A stretch of 64,000 bases of DNA from Schmidtea polychroa (Eukaryota): assembly GCA_044892525.1 (NCBI GenBank), contig CM097885.1, forward strand, positions 32,738,001 to 32,802,000, in the 5' to 3' direction. Below the pieces are notes generated by a model. The model worked only from the letters and a program-made list of their open reading frames with translations. It had not been told where the DNA came from and searched no databases. The position numbers and the translations under genes were made by a program. Below, in pieces: positions 63,736 through 64,000 of this stretch (positions are counted from its first letter, which is position 1; the number at the start of each line of letters is the position of its first letter).

Positions 63736-64000
63736 CTATACATCTACCGTCGAGTCCGCTTCTCCAGTTCCTGGTAGCCCGGTCATCCACTCGACTAAAC
63801 TGGCAATATCGTCATGTTGTCGATTTTCATGCAACCTTCTAATTTCTTCCGCTTGCCATCTGATTTGGCTTATTAACTGATTGTTATTATATTCTAGTTG
63901 CGCGATTATTTGGTGTTGTTCCTCTATTTTTGTAATGTATATTGCATTTCTATTAATACTCTCTATCAACGCCGTTTGATTTCGTACCCAATGTTCTTGA
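63736..64000 (-). CDS. 3' end of a coiled-coil-like ORF entering from beyond the window
   Basis: Frame appears open to the window edge; same strand and spacer style as the cassette. Confidence 0.55.
   Translation of the reverse strand, partial: QEHWVRNQTALIESINRNAIYITKIEEQHQIIAQLEYNNNQLISQIRWQAEEIRRLHENRQHDDIASLVEWMTGLPGTGEADSTVDV

Overview
Very AT-rich eukaryotic DNA with (AAT)n/(TA)n microsatellites and 40-55 nt GT-AG introns. A planarian-type invertebrate host is my inference, not demonstrated. I see no ordinary host gene; the window is almost all mobile or virus-derived DNA. (1) 6.3-45.5 kb is a rearranged Polinton/Maverick (adintovirus)-like element. It holds a decayed full-length protein-primed DNA polymerase B and unusual cargo: two paralogous spliced Bcl-2-family genes missed by the ORF track, a TBP-like gene, a possible ssDNA-binding protein, small spliced acidic-protein genes, and an intact intronless FAF1-like UAS-UBX gene in four copies with identical protein. 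The region is built from a ~9.05-kb tandem array (two units plus a partial third), an inverted copy and a 0.8-kb inverted repeat, with microhomology at four junctions. (2) 52.8-53.6 kb holds decayed Polinton penton, small core and hexon gene fragments. (3) 57.3-64 kb is a compact, intronless, same-strand cassette: TRAF (RING-ZnF-coil-MATH), IAP (BIR-BIR-RING), coiled-coil proteins and a TNF-receptor-like type I membrane protein. Its short spacers carry a recurrent TGTAAATA motif and an AG acceptor just before each ATG. Flanks contain Helitron, Chapaev-like and Penelope-like remnants and hAT/Tc1-type MITEs. All family calls come from motifs read by eye; no searches were run.
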